DNA of 64,000 nt, taken from positions 2,016,389-2,080,388 of the forward strand of contig CM121343.1 of NCBI GenBank assembly GCA_051530055.1, read 5' to 3'. The notes beneath the pieces were generated by a model. It saw only the letters and a list, made by a program, of their open reading frames with translations. It did no database searches and was not told the DNA's origin. Positions 46,401 through 58,740 of the stretch are shown in pieces. The position numbers and the translations under genes were made by a program. Within the stretch, counting starts at the first letter, position 1, and the number at the start of each line of letters is the position of its first letter. Source of the stretch: Neoechinorhynchus agilis. Lineage: Eukaryota > Animalia > Acanthocephala.

Positions 46401-46960
46401 GTACATTCGATAGTGGTGTCGAGGTGGTCTAGTTGATTTGAGCCCGAATTCCAGGTTCAAAGGGTTCAGAATCCATGGATTTGACTGTAATTTTAAAAGG
46501 CAAGTGCTGAAATCGTAAATCTGGAGCGATTTAGCCCAAAGCAAAATTGGCTGAGTTTGTAGTACATTTCGTAGTTGTCTCGAGGTGGTCTAGTTGATTT
46601 GAGCCGGAATCCCAGGTTCAAAGGGTTCAGGATCTATGGATTTAACTGTAATTCTAAAAGCCAAGTGCTAAAATCGTAAATCTGGAGCGATTTAGCCCAA
46701 AGCAAAATTGGCTGAGTTTGTTGTACATTTCGTAGTTGTCTCGAGGTGGTCTAGTTGATTTGAGCCCGAATTCCATGTTCAAAGGGTTCAGAATCCATGG
46801 ATTTGACTGTAATTTTAAAGGGCAAGTGCTGAAATCGCAAATCTGGAGCGATTTACCCCAAAGCAAAATTAGCTGAGTTTGTTATACATTTCGTAGTTGT
46901 ATCGAGGTGGTCTAGTTGACTTGAGCACAAATCCCAGGGTTAGGGATTCAGAATCCATTA
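43435..46960 (+). repeat. tRNA-head family locus D: 161-bp tandem array (~22 copies) of the tRNA-like head only
   Basis: Unit gtacatttcGTAGTTGT(C/G)TCGAGGTGGTCTAGTTGATTTGAGCCCGAATCCCAGGTTCAAAGGGTTCAGAATCCatggatttgactg... with a period of 161 nt. Confidence 0.96.
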
Positions 46961-47345
46961 TCGCCGATGACGTCCCGCCTCCTCGAGAGGTATCTGAGGA
47001 TCCGGACGGGGATATACAAAACCCATAATCGTATGGTTCAGTGTTTTGAATGATTTATTGCGACTCCCTGACCAATAAAACGGTGGGCTGTGAGCCCAAC
47101 GAAAAATAATCAGCCGTGTAAGGGATATTCACTTCAACACTTATAAAATGTATCCGGCTAGCCAGATACTTGCCCCAATCTAGAAACTGGAAAAGTTTAT
47201 ACATTCCGTAGTTGTGTCGAGGTGGTCTATTGGACTTTAGCCCGAATCCCAGGGTCAAAGGGTTCAGAATCCATTATCACCGATGACGTCCCGCCTCCTC
47301 GAGAGGTATCTGAGGATCTCATTGGGGATGTACAGACTCGGAACG
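46961..47345 (+). mobile_element. Continuation of locus D into the full family body (~320-bp unit with internally deleted hammerhead)
   Basis: tcgccgatgacgtcccgcctcctcgagaggtatctgaggatcc occurs at 46961 and (with tcaccgatg) at ~47278. The body matches locus F. Confidence 0.85.
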
Positions 47346-47766
47346 TTGGCTGTGTGCACAAAAATCGGCACTTCAAAATATACTCAAGAGGTAATAGGCT
47401 AGCCACACCTACAATAAACTAATTTAATAGTTCTATGTTCGATTTAAATTGTTTATTTTCATTTATTGCCTTATATGCCAATTCTCAGCACATGACACTT
47501 TTTATGAGCACTTTTAATACTTAAATACCTTTTAGCTCCCTAGATAATATGTTTCACCGTAAGGACTAAGATCCCAATGTAATGTATAGATTGCTTTTGA
47601 GCCTACATTTTCTGCAATCTACGCGTTTTAAGAATTTCTGGGTGTGATCGATCACTGATTCTTTGGAAATTAAACATGAATAATTGGAAGACGTTTTTCG
47701 TACTTTTCAACATTGATTCTTGGCAGATGAACATTATACTTTCGTTTTCTTTATCTTTGTTTTCAG

Positions 47767-48772
47767 ATGATACAGACACAATCAAAAGTGGCACGAATTA
47801 GCGGTTCGGTTAAATTCACATGCTTAAAACTCTACATGAGTTTTATTTTGTTACTATTCGTGTTGCATGTTACACCGGATTTGTATTTGAGGATTAGCTA
47901 CATGAGAATGAAGAATGGCTTGATGAAACTTGTTGGTGACGAACCTGTTAACTATAGTTATTTATTTGCGATCGGAACGAGACCCAAAATTCAGTTGGAA
48001 ATAATGCGAAATACATCGGATTTCGATTTCGACGGCGATCGTACTTACGCAAAACTTCTAGTAAATGCATTTAAGCGAGTCGTCTCCAATGAACTAGATC
48101 CTGTTGTTATATACAATACGAGATTTTCCTTTGCATCAAACTTTCCTGATGAATCATTAATCGATCCTGAGTCAATTGCGATTTTTCTTCGCTTAGCTAA
48201 AACCGAAGAATCAGGTATTTACTACGATAAAAACAAACCTGTAGCGTTAATATCTGCCAGCGACGAAAAAATGGTTGATATCTTATTTGCGAATGCTATA
48301 AAGACAATTATCTTACAAGAAAAATCAATTTCGTATTATAATCGCCGGCTAGTTAATCAATGCTTATGGACTTTAAAAGCAATCGTAGATGGCGAAGACT
48401 CGACAAGGTTCTTCTATTCTGTCATGTCTACGCAGATTAAATTCAGTGGAGAAAATAAACGACCCTGCGTTGATGGAGGGCGTTATGAGCCATCTAAAAT
48501 CTGTTAGATCTAATGAACAATCGTCCAGGAGGAGCGTTTTCGATTGCATCCATAACACTAATGAGAGCGAAAGGCTTTCTCTACACTGTATTAAGTGTCA
48601 TGAATACCTGAGGAGAATATATTTCGATGGACGCCTTTTCGAACTAACACCTTTTCCGGATGATCAGAGAATCGGAATTTATCTCCCCCTACTTTTCCCG
48701 TTCGTAGTGGCAGTTTTAAGTATATTCATCGCTAATAAGGCGGATAAATATATGTTCACCCGTTTGTCCTAA
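47767..48772 (+). CDS. PIGS: GPI transamidase component PIG-S-like; two overlapping ORFs joined by a small intron or frameshift near 48410-48436
   Basis: N-terminal TM segment; C-terminal RIYFDGRLFELTPFPDDQRIGIYLPLLFPFVVAVL matches the PIG-S FFD..L..L.YFPDDQK.AIY.PLF.P motif as recalled. Confidence 0.75.
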
Positions 48773-48989
48773 ATAACGTTAAGGATGTTTTATATTAAGC
48801 AACTTATCAAACGATACCCAACTTTACGTTTGGAAGTTTCATGGTGTATAATTTAAGCGATCTACAATCACAAAGTTTGATCAGGACGCTTAAATTTTTT
48901 ACGTTATGTAATGTGTGAGCGTTCCTGTCTATATAAAGGATAATTCGTTTTCTAATTGGCGTTACTCCACCCGGCTGATCTGAACACAC

Positions 48990-49135
48990 ATTCCACCGAT
49001 TTATTGGTCAGGGAATCGCATTAAATCACTTAAAACCCTGAACGATACGATTATGAGTTTTGTACATCCCCGCCCGGATCCTCAGATACCTCTCGAGGAG
49101 GCGGCATCGGCGATAATGGATTATGAACCCTAATA
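48990..49135 (-). mobile_element. tRNA-head/hammerhead family locus E (fragment)
   Basis: cggatcctcagatacctctcgaggaggcggcatcggcgataatggatt and tttattggtcagggaatcgcattaaatca are reverse complements of locus D/F sequence. Confidence 0.85.
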
Positions 49136-49470
49136 CCCAAATTCAGCCTTAACCCATTTACACTTAAAAATATAATCGGCTGAGCCACACATAAGCTCAA
49201 ATAATCGGTTTATGCCTTTGTCTAGATCCGTTATATAAATGCCAGCGGCTTTACATTGAAGTATCGTTAATTTGTGATGATCTGACGCCATTTGTATGCG
49301 TGATTGTTCGGATAAGCACAAGGCGGAGAGATATCTGATTGAACCAAGAAGCAATAATTGCTCCTTGTCTTCATCCGCTTCTTTATATTGAAGGTCGGTT
49401 TCACCACAAAAAAGACGGGAATCCACAATTTTCGGTATCTTATGTCAAATTTCTTAATCATTTCCATCAC
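49130..49470 (-). CDS. Unidentified coding-like fragment (frameshifted ORF pair)
   Basis: Two overlapping ORFs with protein-like composition (DSRLFCGETDLQYKEADEDKEQLLLLGSIRYLSALCL...). No family recognised; it ends at locus E. Confidence 0.25.
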
Positions 49471-50119
49471 ATTCTTACATTACCGTGATTGGTGCGACAA
49501 AGTCGACGATTTCTGCTCGTTCTGATGCTTTTTCTAAAACTCATCAACACTTTTCCATCTTTCTAAAGAAGTTTTTCACATATATGAATTTTTTTGTGAT
49601 AATAAAAATAGAGATTGATTTATTATTCTTATTTAAAAACTTACAAACAACCTGAAGAAGTCCGACAAAACGGACGAAATATCGAGAAAATCATCCACGC
49701 GCAATATTTTTGTGCTTTACTAACACTGAAAATCACGAACGATTTTTTGAATGAACGAGGTTTCTGAATTCATTAGCGACCCCTTTTCTAGACTAACGAC
49801 TTCTTACAGGGTTTTGCTAACGTTAAAACTTCGTCTCTTTAGTAACATTCCGTATTCCAGTGCAGTGCCGGTTCTAAAATCATCTATTTTCTAGATATAG
49901 CAGCTTCTTCATTAAGAAGGATATCGCATTCGTTTAACTGAAGATACCCTTTTTATGTAGTCAACTTTTAAGTAAAGTATTGACGAATTGATTCTGGATT
50001 TCGGTGTGGGAAATTCCTTTGTTTTATAATAAACTGTGTGGATTAGTTTCCATTTTAGGATGGTTTTTAATACCTCAACTTTTGACTCCAGTAAAAGAAG
50101 CGCTATCTTTATTTTACCC

Positions 50120-50570
50120 TCCCTCACCTACTGTTATCCCGTCTTTTGCAACCCATCTCAAATCCGCCGTCTTTAAAAGTTTCATAAAAGAACATCTAAA
50201 ATTTACACAGCTGATTTTAAAACAAACAAAACGCCTCTAAACCCTACCACCACATTTTATTCCTCTTTCCACAGGAACACAACACTCGTAATCCTAATTC
50301 GTTTCATCCTCCATTACCACTCTCCTTTTTCCATGCTGCCCAATCTTCTCGGATACCATAACCCGAAATGATTCTGAGGAAAGACCAACCTTACAAGCGC
50401 TCCTGCAAGCAATAAACATCAATTCTCACCAGAACGGAGCTTCCAACCAGATATTCTCATACGAACGGACAATCCTTGAATGGAACACACAAAAAACAGA
50501 AAAATTGTGTGTTTATGAGGACCCAAAGCTACATGGGTCTAATTTCTTAAACACAAAAATCAATAAAACT
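50120..50570 (+). mobile_element. 3' fragment of the same LINE family as 37400-41060
   Basis: cacaacactcgtaatcc.aattc.tttcatc...ccatgctgcccaatcttct and atgaggacccaaag.tac.tgggtc are shared with 40770-41025. Confidence 0.85.
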
Positions 50571-51309
50571 GTCGTTTTCGAGTTTTGTACCATTCGAAAG
50601 TGTATACAGTTGGGCACTTGAAAAACAGTTACGATATTTGACTTATTACTCTATGAGCGAAAAGATCTCACTTTGATTTACTCCTGCATAAGAAGGAAGT
50701 TCAATCATGAAGCGATGGAGTGCGTGTACCGTAGATTTTTACTATAGTTTAATTCGAACCCTTTTTCCGGTTGATCTGGGCACACAGCCAACCGATTTAT
50801 TAGTCCGGGACGCACACATCCGTATGGTGGTTCATGGATATTTAGAGCCGAGGCTGTGATTGACCGGCTGAACCATGCAGATGCTTAAAAAGTACCTTAG
50901 ATTCTCCTGTGATTATTTAATTTTCGTGTGATTGTTAGTGGAGAAAGGCTTCGGAAAATCTGAACGCTAAATGGAAAAGATTATTTCTAACGAACAAATT
51001 TCCATCACAACTGTCAGCGCTATGTTGCGAGGCCGTAAAAGTCAACAAAATTTTACTATTGAGCTTCTGATTTTTTTCTTGGAAATTAAAAGTGGTATAA
51101 AATATAAAAACAAACGAAAATCGACGTATAGTTAAGCGCTAAAAATTTATTTGTGCGAGTTAAGAGAATCAGCATGTCAATTTTTTGAATCATTTAAAAT
51201 CCACGTTCGATGATTCGGTTCCGTTTTCATGGCTACTTTTACCAAACAAAAGTGTGCTTCATTAATGATAATATTGACGCTTTACAGCATAAGAGTTTCA
51301 CTCACATTT

Positions 51310-53091
51310 TTAAATATACAATGATGTTACATAAATAAAAGTTAGCATAAACTTAGCCTTTCGTTTTCGATCTGCGGAGAATAACTGCTCGCCAATTTGA
51401 AGAATCGTGTCACCGATACAATTCTCGTTTGTACAGATCGATTCTTTGTATTGTGCAAATAAGCACATCAGAATCTTTTCGAAAACATCGGTAATTTTGT
51501 GTGGTTCTGGGAGTTCTTCATTCAAAACAGCATACAAAATATTGTACAATTCCGAATGCGAGGCGATCTTGGCATCGATCACTTGTGGAACATTTAAAAT
51601 CGCCGCCGTATATCGTATAAATGCAATAGTCTTGGATGTCGTATTAATTGGTCGAGCATTGTTATATATCTCAAGTAGCTTGTTTAATATGGTGGTATCC
51701 TCCAGCTTTGGTATTACGGAACTTATGCTTCTTGGAAGTCTTACACATTTCGGAGGTTTTCCATATCGAATATTTTCGATCGCCATACCTACACAAACGT
51801 GCAAAGCAAAAAAAAAGTTTGTACCATTTTGACTTACCCGCAGATTTACACTTCGCAAACCTACACGCCGGGCAATTGTTTCGGTTACTCATTGTTATTT
51901 CACAGCGGACGGTGCACGGGGTAATAACTCGTTGTTTCCGGCTGTATCTGCGAAAAAATCCTTTACATGCTTCACAAGTAAAAACACCGAAATGAAATCC
52001 GCTGCTTTTAGCACCGCAGACTTTGCAATATTCAGTATCCGGTTTCTCTTTTAAATACATTTAATCTTTTGAAAGAAAAACGAGTTCATACCTGTGGCCG
52101 CCGATGATACTTGAGCATTGCGCTGTCGAAGTTTAGTCAATGTCAGAAAGGTATCGCGAATTTTTACATCGCTTCTGTAAAAAGGATGAAGTGTTGCCAC
52201 CGCTGCTGCTGCTGCAGCAACATTGTTACTGGATGGAGGATGGTAAACCAAATGAGATTGTTGAGGGTTCGATGTTCCAGCCATTGAGGTTCCAATGTCT
52301 GCGGAATATCTGAGTGTATCGGCATAGTCCACCGCAGCGGCGGCCATTACATGTGGCGCAAACGAATTCACTGAATTGGGATACATTAGCGAATGGTGGT
52401 GATTGGGCGATAGCGCATTGGTCGAATGAACGGGAGCGTTTCCGAAGGCACCGGGCGGCGGTGGAGCCATGTTGCAACGATTAATGTGCGACAATGTATA
52501 AGCGCCTTGATTTATTGTATTTCCACTGGACTGAATCAAGGGCAACTGCGCTAAATTGTTACAATGATTATTACTATCGCCATTTGAGCGAGTTAATCCA
52601 CGGATACCACCTCCAGGGTTCTGACCGGCATTAATTCCGCCGCCGCCGGGCACACCGATCGATGGTGTCGTTTGGCCAAACAAAATTCCACTGTTTACGT
52701 TCGTTGAATAATAATCGGCTGCAAAGAATGGGTTATGTGGCATGGAATTAAGGTTGACCTGTGGAATCTGGTAGGAGCCGACGTGCCGAGCTGTCGTGGC
52801 GCCGAACACGAACTCGCTGCTTTGCTGGTGCTGAATTTGATTGGTGCTGTTACAAACACTATGATGATGATGATGATGCATCGATGTATATTGCTGATGT
52901 TGTGCCGACATCTCCGCAGGCACGGCTGCTGGTGGACGCCCGTGCTGTGGATTGCAATTATACTCCATGTAACAAGTCCTACTCCTTGAACCTGGAGTAA
53001 TAACTGATGTACTCGGTGAGGCGAAACGGTTATCGTCGATTGGAGAATTGGTTTCATTGTCATCTCGACTAACCCTTCCGTCGGCGGTCAA
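51310..53091 (-). CDS. Nuclear hormone receptor (NR1-like DBD, long low-complexity N-terminus, short divergent LBD); exons 53091-52092, 52047-51838, 51788-51310; upstream exon(s) not located
   Basis: CKVCGAKSSGFHFGVFTCEACKGFFRR...CTVRCEITMSNRNNCPACRFAKCKSAG|MAIENIRYGKPPK. Introns of 44 and 49 nt with GT..AG restore the frame. Confidence 0.9.
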
Positions 53092-55627
53092 CTGAAAGTG
53101 AAATGCATTTTAATGTTGAAGCCGAAAATGACTGGGTTTTTATATTGATTTGAGAGCATAAATAGAAAAAAAACATTAAATTTTTTTCTACGTACACGGT
53201 GAGAGTATAAAAAATCTCCATTCATAATACTGCACCGTACATAAGTCTCCTTCCTCCGGATGCTAAATTGTAAGGTCTTTGGAAAATTGTAAAGATATAA
53301 GATAAAAATTTCATAAGTTTAACCCACCTAAATAAAAAATTACGTAGGCATCTTTTGATGCATCCACCAATCGCGGTTGCCGTTAATAAAGCAACCAATG
53401 ATTGCATTGCACTACATAATACTGAGCGCAATAGACCCACGGGGATATTAATCAAAGAAAATCCAAATACATGTGACAACGTCCCCGAGTCCAGTTTGTC
53501 ATTCAGCCTCCCCCAAATAAGACGTGATGGCAATTGTCCCGAAAACGGTATCTAATATTCGTAGGTTTGGACTTATTTAATGGTGGTCATTAGTGGATTC
53601 TGTACAACGCAATAGGGATATTATCACTTCCGAATTAAAAAGATTAGATAAAGACTATATTTCCAACTTCTTCTTTTTAGCTTTTGTAGCGCCCATCTCG
53701 ATATGGTTCACGGACGTGGAATAAAAAAATCAATGTCTTAGTATTGGATGGTAGTGGTGACTAGTTTAAAGCTTGGCCAGTGAGTTTTCCTGGCTATTGC
53801 TGGGATGCGAATGGGAAAAAAGGATACTTTTCTAGAAGGAAATAATGCACGTCTTCGTTCATTATCTGGAAATTTGCAGCAGCTATCCTGTAACTGTTGG
53901 ATGTGTGTATGCTAGGTAACGATGAGTGAGCCTTCTCCATTTGGCACAGAATATATTTTTTTAGGAGCCACAATACCCTTCGAATATATCTCGTCGAAAA
54001 ACCTGGGACGGGCACCAAACAAATTATAAGTTTTAAAGATTTATCTGGTTTTCGCGCACATGGACCAAAATTGGACAATGGGTCACAAGTCGCTTTTAAA
54101 TTCTAAGCTATGCACCCACCTTTTAATTGTTGGAGTTGCTTCTTTACAACGTGATACAAATCCTATATCGCAACAGTTTTGATTTTTCCAAAGCACGGGC
54201 GCGTGATATCTCTAACGCGAGCTTGTTCTCACTCCAGCAGTTCGCTCAACCTCAAATATGCTTTTCTAGCTTTGAGAGCATATATTTCTCCTATCTTTCC
54301 TCACACTGAAAACACCACGTTTCCGCCATAACCACTAATAGGAACCTACCACCATCAAACTGATTGTCGCCCCTTGTCGGCTGCTGCTGCTCCGTCATCT
54401 GTGCTGCTGCTGCACTGCCATCAAATTAAGTGCTCCCGTGCCAATGGACCCCAATGCATTCTGTACCAGGAAACGCAATACGTTTAACAGAAATTCTCCC
54501 ATCATGGAATATGTGCACGCATTAAATTACTGTCCAACCCAGTATCCAATAACCTGGTTCATGGCTACCAAGTCTACTTTTGCACTCTCGTTTACCACCA
54601 CCACCACCGCAACCATTAACAAATAACACGCGCGCGCGCTATACGCTTCATGTCTTCGCCATTTTCAGCCATTCGACCAATAGAATCCTTGCGTCCGTGC
54701 GCACCCTCTCTAATTAACGGTTGGAAAAAAGTATATAACAAAAACCAATTTTAAACGCTTTTCATACAAATTAAGAAATCCACTCCTATTTTAAACATTA
54801 TTTTTGATCTCGGCGAAACTTACCATCTTCAAATCATCTTTTATACAATTCTTTGCAAACTTACTAAGAATCTTTTCCCGAAAATCTAACACGTATTATA
54901 CATTTAAATTTGCCGATAAAAACAAAAATTGTAGATAAAAATTGCAAATAACGTGTTATATCTCGATCATGGAGATAAAAAAAAATTTAAATTGTACCAT
55001 TTTTATGGTTGCATTTAACGTTAGAATTGGGGAAAAAAGAGTAATATTTATGGTTCAATACTCTTCGGATAATTTCTTCGATTTATATTACGAAAAATCG
55101 AAGCTTTTTTTTTGATGCATTCGATTTTGCATAAACCAACTAATTTCTGAACTTCCCGTTTGCAATTAAAATTCCTTCGAGTAATCACATTTAAATGGTC
55201 AACCAGAATTGTTGTTTGGGAAATAGTCATTTGCGGTTTGCGTTTACTGATGAAAGAACAAGATATTATCAATGCATTATCGACAATTAGTTCAAATTTC
55301 TTGCTTTTAATGCATTAGCTAATTTTTCCCATTTTCAAAATGTCGGTTAAGCACAGGCTGTCAATATATCCTCGATATTATTAAAGCCTTTCTGTAAGAC
55401 TTTGCGTGGACGAATCACCAACCTTGAATCTTGAAAGATAATTTATTAATTTTCCAATCAACGGGTTTTGTGAAGCACAATAGCGAGGCGCTTCTTTATT
55501 TACAAAGACTAAATTTTAATCAAATTACGATTATCCTACAATCACAGTGAAAAATCTTACTGTTCTTTGATTCGACAGAATAATTGCAAGACATGGAGCG
55601 ACTTTAATGAGATTTTCAAATATTACT

Positions 55628-55790
55628 GTGTTTGTTTATGGCGGAAAAATTGAAGGTTTTTTAAATCCGATATTTGGGCATGATTGCGTGCCTAAATTTA
55701 TTAGTTAATAAAAGAAAAAAGGCAAAAGATTGCGCCGAAAACAATCGGATTTAATAAATTCCTTCAATTTTTCCGCCATAAACAAACATG
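55628..55790. mobile_element. MITE-like hairpin element (TIR ~45 bp)
   Basis: tgtttgtttatggcggaaaaattgaagg ... ccttcaatttttccgccataaacaaaca; homologous to the 29.8-32.1 kb satellite unit. Confidence 0.7.
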
Positions 55791-56404
55791 AATAATTCTA
55801 TCTTGAAACAAATATAATCATTAAAGTTAAAAACACGTTATAACCAAAATTTTAATGCTGAAACGTGTGTATTTTCGGATCCGTGGACGGACGATTTTTG
55901 ATATAAAAAAGCTGTAACCGACTCAAGTCAAATTAGAAATATTTTACCATTTAAACCTTCTTTTGAAGTATCGTTGTAAATTTTCGTCATTTCACAAAGA
56001 TTTTTAAGACATAGAGGGAATCAGTAAGGTTTATCACTAAATCCACAAATATACGCAGTTATCAAAAAGCAATAGTTATCTGTAACAGACGAAAATCAAA
56101 TGAATCGTGCCCGAAATGGGAAATGTTTTGAGCTTCAATCCCATTTCGTCTTCTAATGAAAAAAAAATTTTGAACTGTTGAATTGTCTCGTAAAAAAATA
56201 GATAGTCAACGTGTTTAAAATTCACGTAGGAAAAATGTACACTATTTTTTATTAGAGTTTTGGTGATAATAATTTCGTGACGATTAAACACTTTTCCGCT
56301 CACTAAAACCTTACAAACAGTGACTTCGCGATCCGAGGGATTATGATCACCACAACATCGCCAACTGTTTCATCCCCATGGATTTTCTCTCGGTGATTAA
56401 TATT

Positions 56405-56525
56405 TTTTTTATTAAATATCTATGTACGGCCTTTTTCACGGTTGATAATTTTCCTTGGGCACACATCCGACCCAAATTATCAGCCGTGATAAAAAAAGCC
56501 GCACATAGATACTTAATAAAAAAAG
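56405..56525. repeat. Imperfect ~120-bp inverted repeat
   Basis: tttttattaaatatctatgtacggcc..cacggttgataattt pairs with aaattatcagccgtg..gccgcacatagatacttaataaaaa. Confidence 0.75.
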
Positions 56526-56699
56526 TTACCGGCTGGATAGACTTCAAAAATATATTTTTATCTTCTCTTATTTCGAAGCTTCTAGAGGACCAATGGGGAA
56601 ACGCATGAATTCCTTTAAAGGGCACTATTTCGTTAAAAATATCAAACGGTTCAGAATGCACCATCATGAATCGATACGGGCTCCGGTGTTTCGGAGAAA

Positions 56700-57535
56700 A
56701 GTTTTTATCTTATGTCTGGTTAGCCGGATAAACTTTTTTAAGTGTTGAAATGAACATCCCTTAAAAGGCAAATAATTTTCTTTGGGCTAGGGACGTACAA
56801 AACCCATAATCGTATCGTTCAGGGTTTTAAATGATTTAATGCGATTCCCTGACCAATAAAACGGTGAGCTATGAGCCAAAGGAAAATAATCAGCCGTGTA
56901 AGGGATATTCACTTCAGCACTTAAAAAATGTACCCGGCTAGCCAGATACTTGCCCCAATCTAAAAACTGGAAAAGTTTATACATTCCGTAGTTGTGTCGA
57001 GGTGGTCTATTGGATTTGAGTTCGAATCCCAGGGTCAAAAGGTTCAGAATCCATTATCGCCGATGACGCCCCGCCTCCTCGAGAGGTATCTGAGGATCCG
57101 GGCGGGAATGTACAAAAGTCGTAATCGTGTGGTTCAGGGTTTTAAGAACACCACAAAAAACCAACCACCCCCCAAACAACTGATTTAATGCGATTCCCTG
57201 ACCAATAAAACGGTGAGCTATGAGCCAAAGGAAAATAATCAGCCGTGTAAGGGATATTCACTTCAGCACTTAAAAAATGTACCCGGCTAGCCAGATACTT
57301 GCCCCGATCTTAAAACTGGAAAAGTTTATACATTCCGTAGTTGTGTCGAGGTGGTCTATTGGATTTGAGTTCGAATCCCAGGGTCAAAAGGTTCAGAATC
57401 CATTATCGCCGATGACGCCCCGCTTCCTCGAGAGGTATCTGAGGATCCGGACGGGAATGTACAAAAGTCGTAATCGTGTGGTTCAGGGTTTTAAGTGATT
57501 TAATGCGATTCTCTGACCAATAAATAGGCGGGCCG
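56700..57535 (+). mobile_element. tRNA-head/hammerhead family locus F: ~2.3 tandem units of ~325-360 bp with 5' inverted arm
   Basis: cattccGTAGTTGTGTCGAGGTGGTCTATTGGATTTGAGTTCGAATCC..ccgatgacgccccgc(c/t)tcctcgagaggtatctgaggatcc occurs twice (~56985, ~57335). Positions 56710-56790 are an inverted copy of ~56875-56950. Confidence 0.88.
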
Positions 57536-57828
57536 TGCACCAAAAAGAAAATGATCATCCTTAAAAAAGTTTTTATGTTACTAATTGTTTGATTGTTGAC
57601 TTTATGTTTTTCTCTAAAGTGAGGAATCATGTCAAAAGGTGGATGTCTTTGTTACCAATCACCGCGGAAAATTATGGAATAGACTTTCGACAAAGTTATT
57701 TAGAATCCTTGTACTTGTTAACATTAACTGTGAACATTCTCATGAATAACGCATTCTTATTTAAATCTTCTCAATTAAGGAAATTCGTTAAAATTGTATG
57801 TGTTAACCGGAGACTTTTGAATTTGCAT

Positions 57829-58740
57829 CTACTTGTAGACGATAGCCATTTTGTCTTTCACTAACGTGAGTAATGCGCTGCTCGATACAGTATTATTCAT
57901 TTGACAAGGTTGCCAGCAAGTACAAATGATTGGGGATGTGCTGTAAGCGAGTTCTTTTACTCCACTTAAAAAAGAATACGAACCTTTCTGACTGTAATGT
58001 CTGTTCGAGCGCGCCCAACTTGACATCAAAGACGAGTGTGATTCCATCATTGCACCCGACGGCCAAATATGAGCCATCGGCACTCAAGTCGCATTTCTGA
58101 CAATCAGAATGGAGTTTTATACCAATATGTGCGTTCTTCGTAGAGCTCTGAAGAACTCAATAGGTTTAGATAATCGTTTTCGATCGTGTAGACAACGTTC
58201 ATCATCCTCGAATCTATAATACATATGCGGTTGTTTCTAAGGCAGCAAATTATCTGGCTGGTTAACTGCCTTCCGGAACATAGACTGATGCATGGAGACC
58301 GGTCAGTCAGCGAGCATTCGTTAACTGGCTTACTCGGTTGGCGATCATCGTAAAGGCGGATGGATTTGTCATGATGAGAGCTAACTAGAATTGGACCGTC
58401 CATGGAATATAACTTCATATCGAGACACGATGAACCAACGCATAACGTCCGGCTACATTGGTGGGCACCTACATCCCACAGTTTTATAGTTCGATCGTGG
58501 CTACTGGTAGCTACCAGATTAGAGGAACATGCACAAATGGCCGATATGCGACCGGTGTGACCAGTGTGCGTTTGCTATACGAAGAACAATGAAAGCAATC
58601 GCTTTTCTAAATTGAGGATGAAATGCCCAGGAACACACAATTGCCGAAGTTACGCCCTGAAATATGCGTTGGGAATAAATTTCGACAGCATATTTCCATT
58701 CGAAAGATAAATCCAAATCTGTAAATAATAAGCTCAACAT
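57829..58740 (-). CDS. ATG16L1: ATG16L C-terminal WD40 repeats (several exons)
   Basis: LVATSSHDRTIKLWDV..CSRTLCVGSSCLD, ILVSSHHDKSIRLYD, ICCLRNNRICIIDSR and MSADGSYLAVGCNDG follow the ATG16L1 WD repeat order. Confidence 0.85.

Noticed and set aside
7907-46960. Tandem arrays as CRISPR arrays
   Set aside because: Whole monomers repeat with no unique spacers, no cas genes are present, and the context is eukaryotic.
43435-46960. Higher-order repeat structure in the 161-bp array
   Set aside because: Diagnostic variants recur at spacings of 3, 4, 5 and 6 monomers, a patchwork rather than a fixed period.
54350-54430. CAG/GCA-rich stretch as an upstream exon of the nuclear receptor
   Set aside because: Plausible, but no frame or splice assignment could be supported from sequence alone.
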